A DNA stretch of 49,446 nt, taken from positions 1 through 49,446 of the forward strand of contig DASXRM010000043.1 of NCBI GenBank assembly GCA_036506575.1, written 5' to 3'. Position 1 is the stretch's first letter. Every line of letters begins with the position of its first letter. Shown piece by piece: positions 34,785 to 44,048 of the stretch. Source of the DNA: Gemmatimonadales bacterium. GTDB taxonomy: Bacteria; Gemmatimonadota; Gemmatimonadetes; Gemmatimonadales; GWC2-71-9. A program made the position numbers and the translations under genes. The notes beneath the pieces were generated by a model. It did not search any database. It saw nothing but the letters and a program-made list of their open reading frames with translations, and was not told the DNA's origin.

Positions 34785-35276
34785 CTAGTCTGGATCGAGT
34801 TCCAGCAGAGGGAGCAGCCTCCCCCTCGGCGGGATCCCCGGCTCGAGCTCCAGTACGCCGACTGATGGCGGAAGGCCGAACCGGCGGTGACCAGCGCCGC
34901 CGGGGTTCATGACGGTGACGACCACGTCCACCACAGTGAATAGCGGCCGGTGAGTGTGACCGTAGATGATGATCTGGGCGTCGGGAAAGGCGGCGTTGAG
35001 TCCCTCCGGAGTCGGGGAGCCGAGCTGATCGCCGTGGGTCACCACGATGTCGAACCCATCGAGCTCAATTGCGGCGACTTGGGGGAGCCGGCGCCGAACC
35101 TCCTCGCCATCAGTATTCCCGTAGACCGCGGTGACCGGCGCGAGCGCCTCGAGCTCAGTAAGCAGGCGCAGCGGTCCGATATCGCCGGCGTGGAGGATGT
35201 GGTCGACCTCGGCAAAGGCCGTGAAGACTTCGGGCCGGAGCAGTCCATGGGTATCGGCAATGACGCCGAGCCGCAT
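34785..35276 (-). CDS. YfcE/MJ0936-family metallophosphoesterase
   Basis: MRLGVIADTHG, HAGDIG, GNTDG, VVTHGDQ, YGHTHRP metal-binding motifs. Confidence 0.85.
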   Translation of the reverse strand: MRLGVIADTHGLLRPEVFTAFAEVDHILHAGDIGPLRLLTELEALAPVTAVYGNTDGEEVRRRLPQVAAIELDGFDIVVTHGDQLGSPTPEGLNAAFPDAQIIIYGHTHRPLFTVVDVVVTVMNPGGAGHRRFGLPPSVGVLELEPGIPPRGRLLPLLELDPD

Positions 35277-36526
35277 CAGCGCGGGACCACCGCGGAGAGG
35301 GTGGCAGCAGGGCGGTCATCCACCTTCTGCCAGAGACTCGCAAAGGCGCTCAGCAGCTCATCAGCCTGGAACGCGCAGTGGCCATATCGGTCCACATCGA
35401 TCTGGGTGAACCACGCCGGCGCACCAGCCTGGGTCACCTTCCCGGCATAGAGCGATGCCTGACCAAATGGGACGATCGGATCACCGGTCGTGTGCAGATT
35501 AACCACCGGTACGGTGAGACTGCCGGAGGTTTCGAATCGACCGAGGGCGGCCAGTGCCGCCGGTTCCGCACTGAAGCGCTGGACCCCCGCGTTCAGTGCT
35601 GCGTCATCCGCCGAGCCGGAGTACACTCGGCCGATATTGTCGAACGGTTGCCCGCCCAGGCGGGCCTGAGCGTCGGCGGTTCCAAAGACGTTGTACCAGA
35701 GCAGCCCGATCGCCGTCTCGGCAATGGACCGAAGGTCGCTCCCCGCGGCCGGAGCGCCGGTAACACTCAGCAACTCGCGCGCGGTGCTGGGCTTGAGCGC
35801 TAGCGCAATGACGATCGCTGGCACATAGACCTCCTCCCAGCGATCTCGAACCGACTGGGGAATGTCCAGCGCGGTCCCGGGGATCACCCCGGGAAAGAAG
35901 TAGTCGAATACCACTCGGAAGTCGTCGATGTAGTCGAGCTGCGCCCGGAAATTGCCGATCGGCCCGCAGCCCGCGAGCGCCCCGTCGAAGCGATCTGCAT
36001 GGCGCTCGGCCGCCAGGGTGGCGACCAGGCCGCCTTCGGAGAACCCGACGACGACCGTATGGGCGGGATCGGGACGGTAGCGATGCTCGACCGTATCCAG
36101 CAATTCGAGCAGATCGTCAACCGCATCGGGGGCAACCAGGCCGTTCGCTCGGTAGCTGGTGGTCGCATAGGCGTAGCCCAGTCCCGTTGCAGTATCGGAG
36201 ACTGACTGACCTCCGACCATGTCGTCGGGAAGCGCGAGCGCCCTGTGAGGCGCCACATAGCCGTGGGCATAGAGCACCAGGTCCCCGTTCCAGGTGGGGG
36301 GAAAGCAGATCCGGTATAGCGCCCCGTGCTCGAGCAGCCCATCCGAGCATCCGGCGGTAGGTGCCTGGCCCTCGTCAACCGGAGGCCCCGGGGGCTCGGG
36401 CCCGGCGAGATCCTGGTTGCCGTCACCGCAGCCAATTACACCACTAGACACAAAAGCGAGAACGGCGCCCCAACCCAGGCGCCGGAGTCTTTCCGGGTTC
36501 CACTTCACGTTGCGTTGCCTCCCCAT
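35276..36526 (-). CDS. Alpha/beta-hydrolase-like lipoprotein
   Basis: Lipobox VIGCGDG and nucleophile elbow VVGFSEGG. An alternative GTG start at 36508 would overlap the ubiX stop as GTGA. Confidence 0.55.
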   Translation of the reverse strand: MGRQRNVKWNPERLRRLGWGAVLAFVSSGVIGCGDGNQDLAGPEPPGPPVDEGQAPTAGCSDGLLEHGALYRICFPPTWNGDLVLYAHGYVAPHRALALPDDMVGGQSVSDTATGLGYAYATTSYRANGLVAPDAVDDLLELLDTVEHRYRPDPAHTVVVGFSEGGLVATLAAERHADRFDGALAGCGPIGNFRAQLDYIDDFRVVFDYFFPGVIPGTALDIPQSVRDRWEEVYVPAIVIALALKPSTARELLSVTGAPAAGSDLRSIAETAIGLLWYNVFGTADAQARLGGQPFDNIGRVYSGSADDAALNAGVQRFSAEPAALAALGRFETSGSLTVPVVNLHTTGDPIVPFGQASLYAGKVTQAGAPAWFTQIDVDRYGHCAFQADELLSAFASLWQKVDDRPAATLSAVVPR

Positions 36527-37098
36527 CGACGGCCAACCTCGACATCGATCTGCAGCTGATCGAGGATCCGCTGTGCCACGAAATCTATCAGTTCGCTCAC
36601 CTGCGTGGGACGATGATAAAAACCGGGTGCTGCGGGGACGACCACCGCGCCCGCCTCAGTGACAGTCACCAGATTCCGGAGATGCACCAGGGATAACGGG
36701 GTCTCCCGCGGCACTAGAATCAGCTTACGACGTTCTTTGAGAGTCACATCCGCTGCCCGCTCGACCAGTGAGCGGCTGGTTCCCCCCGCGATGGCCGCCA
36801 CGGTGCCCATGGAGCAGGGACAGATGACCATTCCCGCGGTGCGCTGCGACCCCGAGGCCGGTAAGGCACCTCGATCCTCGTCGGCGAACGTGACCACCGA
36901 AGACCAATCCCCACCCGTTGCCTGGCGCAGTCCCTCGAGCGACCCGATCCCGCACTCCTCTCGAAGCAGCCGCATGCCGTGCTCGGAGACGATCAGCCAT
37001 ACCGGGATGTTGCTCAGCGCAAGCAGCTCGAGCAGCCGCACACCATAAGGCGCCCCGGACGCCCCCGTCAGGGCGAGAACCACCGGAAAGCGGTTCAC
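36505..37098 (-). CDS. ubiX: Flavin prenyltransferase UbiX
   Basis: ...FPVVLALTGASGAPYGVRLLE..., MVICPCSMGTVAAIAGG. The GTG at 37098 gives a canonical N-terminus. The ORF-track start (GTG 37206) lies in the spacer of repeat copy 5 and reads through its left arm. Confidence 0.85.
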   Translation of the reverse strand: MNRFPVVLALTGASGAPYGVRLLELLALSNIPVWLIVSEHGMRLLREECGIGSLEGLRQATGGDWSSVVTFADEDRGALPASGSQRTAGMVICPCSMGTVAAIAGGTSRSLVERAADVTLKERRKLILVPRETPLSLVHLRNLVTVTEAGAVVVPAAPGFYHRPTQVSELIDFVAQRILDQLQIDVEVGRRWGGNAT

Positions 37099-37147
37099 CG
37101 GCCGCGCCGGTTGGGGGTGGGAGAGCGTAGTGGATGCTTGGGCGGCA

Positions 37148-37290
37148 GGGAAGACGGAGAGGGCGGAGAGGACGGAGAGGGCCAACGACGACCTGGTCTC
37201 TTCCACTCGGGCTTTCCCGTTTGGTCCGTCCTAACGGTTTTATCGCTCTTCTTCATCTCCGTCTTCTCCGTCCTCTCCGTCCTCTCCGCC
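37148..37290. repeat. Microsatellite-armed inverted repeat, copy 5 (ubiA-ubiX intercistronic): GGAGAGGAC-type 9-mers 37148-37181, 74-nt spacer, GTCCTCTCC-type 9-mers 37256-37290
   Basis: Read directly. The right arm ends 1 nt before the ubiA stop codon (37292-37294). Confidence 0.85.
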
Positions 37291-37291
37291 T

Positions 37292-38269
37292 TTATAAAAG
37301 CCTATCCACCAGCGCAAACCCAAACACCACCAGCGACATCACGCCATTCATGGTGAAGAACGCCGCATCGAGTCTGGAGAGATCGCCGGGGCGCACCAGA
37401 TGGTGCTCGTAGGCCAGGATACCGGTAGCGATGGTGAGGCCAAGATAGTACCACGGGCCGAAGCCGGCTCCGAAACCGAAGAGCGCGAGCGCCGGGATGG
37501 TGATTCCGTGAAGCACCTTGGCGAGAACGAGGGCGCGAGATTCACCCAGACGCACTACTGCGCTGCGGAGTCCTTCGGCGCTGTCGAATCCCGCATCCGG
37601 CAGGGCATAGAAGATATCGAATCCAGCGACCCAGGTTGCCACACCCAGCGTAATGGTGATTAGAACCCAGGCCGGAGTGCTCCAGCGGCCGGTCACGGCG
37701 AGATAACCGCCTACCGGGGCGATCGCGAGGCTGAGGCCGAGCCAGAGATGGGGCCACCAGGTAAACCGCTTGGACAGGCTGTAGAGCAGGATCCACACGA
37801 GCGCAATCGGGCTCAACAGCAGACAGAGGGGATTGAGAAGCGCTGCCGACAGCGTGAAGAGCCCGCCGGCCAGAAGCACCGACGCCCAGGCCTGAGTGAG
37901 TGAAAGCCGGCCCTGAGGCAGCTCGCGGTTGAGTGTCCGCGGGTTGCGCGCATCGAACCGCCGGTCGGCGATGCGGTTGAAGCCCATCGCGGCCCAGCGC
38001 GCCGAGGAGAACGCGAGCACTACCAGCGCAACCGTGCTGGGAGTGACGGGCCTGGCCAAGGAGGCCGCCAGCACGCCGAGGAGCGCAAAGGGCAGCGCGA
38101 ACAAGGTGTGCGGCAGTTTGACGAAGTTGGCATACCGGACCAGGAGGGATTGGCCCTCGTAGGTTTGGCCCTCTCGGACAGCAAGCGGTAAGCGGTAAGC
38201 GGTAAGCGGGTCATCCCGCTCGGATCCCGCTGGTCTACCCGATCCAGGGTATTCCGGCTCACCGCTCAC
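37292..38269 (-). CDS. ubiA: UbiA-family aromatic prenyltransferase (4-hydroxybenzoate/1,4-dihydroxy-6-naphthoate polyprenyltransferase-like)
   Basis: ...LVRYANFVKLPHTLFALPFALLG..., NRIADRRFDARNPRT (Asp-rich motif), and about 8 TM segments. The GTG start at 38269 lies inside the right arm of repeat copy 6, so the start is uncertain. Confidence 0.85.
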   Translation of the reverse strand: MSGEPEYPGSGRPAGSERDDPLTAYRLPLAVREGQTYEGQSLLVRYANFVKLPHTLFALPFALLGVLAASLARPVTPSTVALVVLAFSSARWAAMGFNRIADRRFDARNPRTLNRELPQGRLSLTQAWASVLLAGGLFTLSAALLNPLCLLLSPIALVWILLYSLSKRFTWWPHLWLGLSLAIAPVGGYLAVTGRWSTPAWVLITITLGVATWVAGFDIFYALPDAGFDSAEGLRSAVVRLGESRALVLAKVLHGITIPALALFGFGAGFGPWYYLGLTIATGILAYEHHLVRPGDLSRLDAAFFTMNGVMSLVVFGFALVDRLL

Positions 38270-38285
38270 CGCTCACCTCTCACGC
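38181..38285. repeat. Microsatellite-armed inverted repeat, copy 6 (ubiD-ubiA junction): GGTAAGC heptamers 38181-38209, 46-nt spacer, GCTCACC heptamers 38256-38285
   Basis: Read directly. It contains the ubiD stop and the annotated ubiA start. The spacer begins GTCATCCCGCTCGGATCC. Confidence 0.85.
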
Positions 38286-39765
38286 TTTTCAGGTTTATCC
38301 CGAGTTTCCCCCACATCTCATCCACCCGCCGCTTGGTCTCCGCATCCATCGTCATCAGCTCCGGCCACTCCCGGTCGAAGCCTTCCTCCTTCCACTTCCT
38401 GGTCGCGTCGATCCCCATCTTGCTGCCGTAAGTGAAGGCCCGGCTGGAGTGATCGAGCACGTCGATGGGCCCCATGGTAAAGCGGACGTCCCGCTCCGGA
38501 TCGATGTTGTTCAACGCGATCCACCAGGCCTCATCCGGGTCCCGCACGTTGACCTCCTTGTCCACGATCACCAATACCTTGGCGAGTGACATGAGACCCT
38601 GGCCCCAGAGCGCGTTCATCACCTTATAGGCCTGACCCGGGTACTGCTTGTCGATCGAGACGAAGACCAGATTGTGGAAGATGCCGGGGGCCGGCATGTG
38701 ATAGTCCACGATCTCGGGGATCGTGAGCTTGAGCAGCGGCAGGAAGATCCGCTCGGTGGCGTGGCCCAGGTAGAAGTCCTCCATCGGAGGGCGACCCACC
38801 AGCGTTGCGGGATAGATGGGATCTCGCCGGGAGGTGATCGCGGTGACGTGTACCTTGGGGTAGTAGTCCGCCAGCGAGTAGAAGCCGGTGTGGTCGCCGA
38901 ATGGTCCCTCGAGTACCAGTGGCTCGGCGGGGTCGATGAAGCCTTCGAGCACCAGCTCCGCCTGAGCCGGCACATCCAGCTCGCAGGTAACCGCGCGCGC
39001 AAGCTCGACCGGTTCGCGGCGGAGGAACCCCGCAAAGAGAAACTCATCTATCGTGGGGGGGAGCGGTGCGGATCCAGAGTAGATGCTGGCCGGATCGCCC
39101 CCCAAGGCGATGATCACGGGCATCCGCTGGCCTCGAGCCGCCATGTCGCGCCAGTGAGCCGCTCCCACCTTGTGCCGTTGCCAGTGCATGGCGAGCGCAT
39201 TTCGGCCGATGACCTGGATGCGATACATGCCGACGTTGCGAATCCCGCGAGCAGGATCGGTAGTGATCACCATCGGGAGAGTGATGTACCGGCCTCCATC
39301 CCCGGGCCAGGTGGTAAGAAACGGGATGAAATCGAGATTCACTTCCCCGTCCCGCAGAACCAGTTCCTGGCAGGGCGGGCGGCCGCTCTTGACCCGGGGC
39401 GGAAACTTCCCGATTTCCGCGAGCTTCGGCAGCATGGCGAGCTTGCCGAGAAGCCCTTCGGGGACCTTGAGGTTCAGCATCTCGGAGATGCGTCCGCCGA
39501 TCTGGTCGAGATCTTCGACCCCCAGGGCCAATCCCATCCGGCGAAGCGAGCCAAACAGGTTTATGGCAACCGGCTGAGAGCTCCGCCGGCCATCCTCCAG
39601 CAGCACATGCTCGAATAGCAGGGCCGGCCCTCCGCCGGAACTCTTCATGGCCCGGTCGGCGATTTCGGCGATTTCGAGCCGCGCGCGCACTGGGTGAGTC
39701 ACCCGAGTGAGCTCCCCGATGCCGTCGATCGCCTTGATGAAGTCGCGGAGGTTGTCTAGGGCCAT
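38266..39765 (-). CDS. ubiD: UbiD-family (prenylated-FMN-dependent) decarboxylase
   Basis: MALDNLRDFIKAIDGIGELTRV..., ...GRYITLPMVITTDP..., EGPFGDHTGFY. The C-terminal KSVRGER is encoded by the right arm of repeat copy 6. Confidence 0.9.
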   Translation of the reverse strand: MALDNLRDFIKAIDGIGELTRVTHPVRARLEIAEIADRAMKSSGGGPALLFEHVLLEDGRRSSQPVAINLFGSLRRMGLALGVEDLDQIGGRISEMLNLKVPEGLLGKLAMLPKLAEIGKFPPRVKSGRPPCQELVLRDGEVNLDFIPFLTTWPGDGGRYITLPMVITTDPARGIRNVGMYRIQVIGRNALAMHWQRHKVGAAHWRDMAARGQRMPVIIALGGDPASIYSGSAPLPPTIDEFLFAGFLRREPVELARAVTCELDVPAQAELVLEGFIDPAEPLVLEGPFGDHTGFYSLADYYPKVHVTAITSRRDPIYPATLVGRPPMEDFYLGHATERIFLPLLKLTIPEIVDYHMPAPGIFHNLVFVSIDKQYPGQAYKVMNALWGQGLMSLAKVLVIVDKEVNVRDPDEAWWIALNNIDPERDVRFTMGPIDVLDHSSRAFTYGSKMGIDATRKWKEEGFDREWPELMTMDAETKRRVDEMWGKLGINLKSVRGER

Positions 39766-39782
39766 GTCCCCTACAGAAAAGG

Positions 39783-39910
39783 CGTGAACGGTGAACGGTG
39801 AGCGGTGAACGTGAACCGGTGTAGCAGGGTCATCGAACAGCGGATCCCTCGCCGTGCTCGGGATGAGGAGTCTTGGTGCCCGTTCACTGTTTACCGTTCA
39901 CCGTTTACGC
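39783..39910. repeat. Microsatellite-armed inverted repeat, copy 7 (ubiE-ubiD intercistronic): GGTGAAC heptamers 39783-39818, 60-nt spacer, GTTCACC-type heptamers 39879-39910
   Basis: Read directly. The ubiE stop (39891-39893) lies inside the right arm. The spacer carries GGATCCCTCGCCGTGCTCGGGATGAG. Confidence 0.85.
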
Positions 39911-40634
39911 TTTTCGTCCCCACATACAACGCGCACACCCCTCCCATCAGCAGGTCGTAGCGGACCTCCTCGAACCCCTGCTCTGCCATCCTTCGTGCGA
40001 GCTCGGGAGGTGCGGGAAAGACACGGGTGGACTCTGGTAGCCAGCTATAGGCGCTCCTATGTTTCGAGATCCAGCGGCCAATCAAAGGCATTACCCGACG
40101 GAAATAGAATTGGTATGCCGCGCGCAGGAGCCGTCGGCCCGGGAGGGCCGTCTCGAGGATAACGAGTTTCCTGCCCGGTCGGAGGACCCGCGCCGCTTCA
40201 GCGAGCCCGGCATCGAGATCCATCAGATTGCGCAAACCCCAGCCGACCATCGCGCCGTCGAACGTCTGGTCGGGAAACGGTAGCTCGAGCGCGTCGGCGC
40301 TTACCGGAACCAGCCTCGGCGCCTTGTCGCGCCCCAGCTCCAGCATGCGCCGCACGAAATCAGCTCCGATCACCCGCCCGCGGAATCCCGGCCGGTTCGC
40401 CAGCGTGGCGCCGAAATCCAGGGTGCCGGCGCACAGGTCGAGATAGATTCCTTCAGGCTCCCGCTCCCACCCCAACCGTGCGACCGCGTAGCGTCTCCAG
40501 CGCTGGTCGAACCGGAAGCTGATGATGCGATTGAGCCGGTCGTAAGTGGGAGCAATGGCGGTGAAAATGGCCCGGACGTAGGCCCGCTTTTCCGGACCGC
40601 CTGAAACGGGTAACTGACGATCCGAGGCTAACAT
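39891..40634 (-). CDS. ubiE: Demethylmenaquinone / ubiquinone C-methyltransferase (UbiE/MenG)
   Basis: ...VRAIFTAIAPTYDRLNRIISF..., SAM motif YLDLCAGTLDFG, LRPGRKLVILE. The C-terminal KSVNGER is encoded by the right arm of repeat copy 7. Confidence 0.88.
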   Translation of the reverse strand: MLASDRQLPVSGGPEKRAYVRAIFTAIAPTYDRLNRIISFRFDQRWRRYAVARLGWEREPEGIYLDLCAGTLDFGATLANRPGFRGRVIGADFVRRMLELGRDKAPRLVPVSADALELPFPDQTFDGAMVGWGLRNLMDLDAGLAEAARVLRPGRKLVILETALPGRRLLRAAYQFYFRRVMPLIGRWISKHRSAYSWLPESTRVFPAPPELARRMAEQGFEEVRYDLLMGGVCALYVGTKSVNGER

Positions 40635-40684
40635 AGGCGCTGAATGTAGTCCCGCGGGAAGCTCCTTCGCAAGGCGAGCATTTC

Positions 40685-41290
40685 GTGCCTAGCGGCCGGC
40701 AGGAATGGGGCGGCCTCAGCGATCAGGACGTGGTGCTGCGGGCCCGCTCCGGTCAGGAGGCCGCCTACCGGGAACTGATCCGTCGCTACGAGCGGCCCAT
40801 CTTTGCCCTGCTCTTTCGGATGGTGCGCGACCGCGAGCTGGCCGAGGACCTGGCGCAGGAAACGTTCGTCAAGGCGCTCAACGCCATCGATTCGTACCGC
40901 CCGGAGTTCAAGTTCTCCTCCTGGATCTTCAAGATCGCGAACAACGCGGCCATCGATCATCTGCGCCGGCGGGAGTTGGATACCCTCTCGTTAGATGGCT
41001 CTCCCCACGCCGAAACGCCCGAGGCCATGCAGGCCACCGCGCTTCAGATCGGGGCTCGGCAGGAAACCCCGCTCGACACGGTGGAAGCCAAAGAGCTGGG
41101 TACTGCGATCGAGGCTGCCATCGGCTCGCTCCGGCCCGAGTATCGCTCGTGTATCCTGCTCCGCCATGTGGAGGGGCGCGCGTACGAGGAGATCGCGGAG
41201 ATTCTCAACCTGCCACTCGGCACGGTGAAGACCTATATCCACCGCGCCCGCAATGAGCTCAGACAGTCGCTCGCGCACCTCAAGGGATGA
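40685..41290 (+). CDS. ECF (RpoE-like) RNA polymerase sigma factor
   Basis: Region 2: YRELIRRYERPIFALLFRMVRDRELAEDLAQETFVKA...FSSWIFKIANNAAIDHLRR. Region 4: LRHVEGRAYEEIAEILNLPLGTVKTYIHRARNELR. GTG start. Confidence 0.88.
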   Translation: MPSGRQEWGGLSDQDVVLRARSGQEAAYRELIRRYERPIFALLFRMVRDRELAEDLAQETFVKALNAIDSYRPEFKFSSWIFKIANNAAIDHLRRRELDTLSLDGSPHAETPEAMQATALQIGARQETPLDTVEAKELGTAIEAAIGSLRPEYRSCILLRHVEGRAYEEIAEILNLPLGTVKTYIHRARNELRQSLAHLKG

Positions 41291-41327
41291 AACCTCCCGT
41301 TCACCCTCAACGTAGGAGGGTCCACTT

Positions 41328-41930
41328 ATGACCCGTCCCGCCGGATCGCATCTCTCCCCCGAGGAGATCGACGCCTGCCTCAGCGGAGCGCCCGCCGTCG
41401 AGTTGCAGCGCCATCTCGATCAGTGCCAGGCCTGTCTCGAGGAGGTGCGGGCGGACCGCGAGATCGCGGAGCAGATCGCGGCCCTCCCATTAATGAGTCC
41501 GGTGGATGGCTTCACCGAGCGGGTCATGGCTTCAGTGGTGGTTCCTGACCCCTTCGCCATCCGTTCCCTCCAGGCTACCCGACGCCGTCTCTTTGCAGCC
41601 CCGAGGACTCTTGCTGCCGGACTCGCGCTCTTTCTGCTGAGCTCGATGGCTGGCAGCGTAGTCTGGTCGCTCACGCACCAGGAGACCCTCGCATCGATCG
41701 GCTCCTGGCTCATTTCTCAAGGCGGGCAGGCGGTATGGCTCGGCGTTCGGGGATTGGCGTCCAACTTGATCGAGCAGCCCTGGTATACCGGCATCAGGGC
41801 TCTGCTGGAGCATCCGGCTCGCCTCGCGCTGATCTCGGCGCTGACCTCGTTCGCCTACGTGGGCGGAGTCTTCGCCTTGCGCCGCCTCCTGGCTGTTCCG
41901 ACCCAGCAGGTGGCCCATGCGGGGGTATAA
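41328..41930 (+). CDS. Membrane-bound anti-sigma factor (zf-HC2-like N-terminus)
   Basis: SD GGAGGG. HLDQCQACLEEV motif followed by two hydrophobic segments. It lies immediately downstream of the ECF sigma gene. Confidence 0.65.
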   Translation: MTRPAGSHLSPEEIDACLSGAPAVELQRHLDQCQACLEEVRADREIAEQIAALPLMSPVDGFTERVMASVVVPDPFAIRSLQATRRRLFAAPRTLAAGLALFLLSSMAGSVVWSLTHQETLASIGSWLISQGGQAVWLGVRGLASNLIEQPWYTGIRALLEHPARLALISALTSFAYVGGVFALRRLLAVPTQQVAHAGV

Positions 41931-43203
41931 TCGGCTGCTCGGGCCCCTCGCCGTTCTCGCCGCGGTGGTGCCGGGCCCGCTGCCTGCGGAGACCCCGTTC
42001 GATCGCCTCACTTCCAGTGCGGTAAACCTGGTGGACCATTTCCGGATGCTCATCCGGGAGGTCTCACCTGACTGGCAGGGGCAGCGCGAGTCGGCCCTAG
42101 CGCGTCCTCAGCCTCAAACGATTCCAGTCGGCGGAACTTCAATCGACCTGAGCGATCTCAGCCGGCCCACCGTGGTCGAGACGCGGCTCCGCTCGGCACT
42201 CGAGCCGGTGAACGGAGAGGTCCGGCTCACCGTTTCCGGCGGAACGGCGCGCCGGGGAGACTTTAGCCTCGGCTCATCCGAGAGCCATAACGGCCACCTG
42301 CTGGTGGTGGACGGAAACGCCGACATCTACGGGCATCTCAGCGGGAATCTGGTGACAGTGAAGGGTGACGTGGTGCTGCATCCGGGCGGAGTGGTCTCTG
42401 GTGACATCCTCACCCTAGGAGGCGAGGTAAGGGATGAAGGCGGCGAGATCGGCGGCGAGGTGCGCACCCTCAAGGCGACCACATTGCTCTCCCCCGTCAC
42501 CAGAGCCGAACCGGAAGTCCTCACCCCGCTTCAGAGTGTGCTCCGGCGCATCGCCGGGGTTCTCGGGGTATTCTTGACTCTCTTGGTGCTGGGCTTTGGC
42601 CTGGTGATGTTTGGCCGGCAAAATCTCGAGATCGTCTCCGACACCGTCTCCCACTCCTTCGGCCGAGCGTTTCTGACCGGACTCCTCGGGCAGATTCTGC
42701 TTCTTCCCACCTTTGGCATGCTCGTCGTTGGTCTGATCCTTAGTGTCGCCGGGATTCTGCTACTCCCGTTTGCCATCGCGGTGTTCGCCATGCTGGCCGT
42801 CATCGGCATCGTCGGCGGGTACCTCGCCGTGGCTCACGCGATGGGTGAGACCTACACCCGGAGGCGTATGGCTCTCGGCGCTCTGATCGGGTCCCCCAAC
42901 AGCTATCGGTATGTCCTGGTCGGCCTGCTGGCCCTGGCGAGTCTGTGGGCCGCGTGGGCGCTGTTCGGATGGGTGCCGGTGGCGGGAAGTATCGTCTGGG
43001 GAGCGGCGTTTTTCGTGACCTGGCTCCTGGGAACCGCTGGCTTTGGGGCGGCGCTGTTGAGCCGCGCTGGCATCAAGGAGAATTTTGCCGGACGATTGTT
43101 CCCCCCGGAAGCACTCACCGACGAATACCTGTGGGCCACTCCCCAGTTCGGCGTGCCTGCGGGCCGGCGGCCTGGCACCCGCACACCTCCGCGCGGAGCT
43201 TGA
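41917..43203 (+). CDS. Membrane protein with bactofilin-like (polymer-forming) beta-helical repeat and multiple C-terminal TM segments
   Basis: Signal peptide. Repeat NADIYGHLSGNLVTVKGDVVLHPGGVVSGDILTLGGEVRDEGGEIGGEVRTL. Then 5-6 hydrophobic helices. Confidence 0.5.
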   Translation: MRGYNRLLGPLAVLAAVVPGPLPAETPFDRLTSSAVNLVDHFRMLIREVSPDWQGQRESALARPQPQTIPVGGTSIDLSDLSRPTVVETRLRSALEPVNGEVRLTVSGGTARRGDFSLGSSESHNGHLLVVDGNADIYGHLSGNLVTVKGDVVLHPGGVVSGDILTLGGEVRDEGGEIGGEVRTLKATTLLSPVTRAEPEVLTPLQSVLRRIAGVLGVFLTLLVLGFGLVMFGRQNLEIVSDTVSHSFGRAFLTGLLGQILLLPTFGMLVVGLILSVAGILLLPFAIAVFAMLAVIGIVGGYLAVAHAMGETYTRRRMALGALIGSPNSYRYVLVGLLALASLWAAWALFGWVPVAGSIVWGAAFFVTWLLGTAGFGAALLSRAGIKENFAGRLFPPEALTDEYLWATPQFGVPAGRRPGTRTPPRGA

Positions 43204-43205
43204 GC

Positions 43206-44048
43206 GTGAAACGCGGGGCGGTCACTCTGGTCCTCCTACTGTGGACCGGGGCAGCACAGGCCCAGACGATGCGCCCCTTCGCCACCTTCCGCCAGATGCA
43301 TGGAGAAACCCGCCTGGCCGCGCGGCTCGAGTATGCGGCCGGTAACCTTCGAGTGGCGCCCGGCCGGCCGGCCGAGCTGTATCGCATGGAGCTTTCCTAC
43401 GACCAGGACCGCTACCTGCCGGTGAGCGATTACCATGCGCAGAGCGGCGCAGTGGTTCTGGGACTGAGGCCCGCGGGTGAGGGTGGAGTTCGCGTGGTCT
43501 CACGGAACCAGTTGAGCCAGATCGCAACGGTCGCCCTGTCGCCCCGAGTGGACCTCGCGCTCGCTCTCACCTTGGGCGCCACGGATGCCGACGTGGAGTT
43601 GGGCGGCCTCAGAATCACCAATCTGCACGTGAAAACCGGCGCCAGCCGGGCCCTGATCCGCTTCTCACAGCCGAATGCGGCCCGCTGTGATCTCGCCAGC
43701 ATCAGTGCGGGGGCGGCTGAGGTGTCGGTGCTCGGTCTGGGGAACAGCCGGTGCGACGAGATCGAATTCGAGGGTGGGATCGGCAAGGTGTTGCTCGATT
43801 TTGCCGGGACTTGGAGCTCGAGCTCCCGGGTAGAGGTGAAAATGGCCATGGGCGAGCTCACCCTTCGCCTCCCGCGCGGAGTCGGTGTCCGGATCAGGAT
43901 GGACAAGTTCCTATCGAGCTTCGAGCCGGTCGGGCTGGTGCGGCAAGGCGATGCCTTCGAGTCGCCCAACTATAGCCGTACCCAGCGCCACCTGGACCTC
44001 GACCTCACAACGGCTGTCGGCGGGGTGAATGTGGAGTGGGTGGAGTAG
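43206..44048 (+). CDS. Secreted beta-strand-repeat protein (LiaF/LiaG-type, DUF2154/DUF4097-like)
   Basis: GTG at 43206, 2 nt after the upstream stop. Signal peptide VTLVLLLWTGAAQA. Repetitive strands ...VELGGLRITNLHVKTGASRALIRF...EVSVLGLGNSRCDEIEFEGGIGKVLLDF...VEVKMAMGELTLRLPRGVGVRIRM. Confidence 0.45.
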   Translation: MKRGAVTLVLLLWTGAAQAQTMRPFATFRQMHGETRLAARLEYAAGNLRVAPGRPAELYRMELSYDQDRYLPVSDYHAQSGAVVLGLRPAGEGGVRVVSRNQLSQIATVALSPRVDLALALTLGATDADVELGGLRITNLHVKTGASRALIRFSQPNAARCDLASISAGAAEVSVLGLGNSRCDEIEFEGGIGKVLLDFAGTWSSSSRVEVKMAMGELTLRLPRGVGVRIRMDKFLSSFEPVGLVRQGDAFESPNYSRTQRHLDLDLTTAVGGVNVEWVE

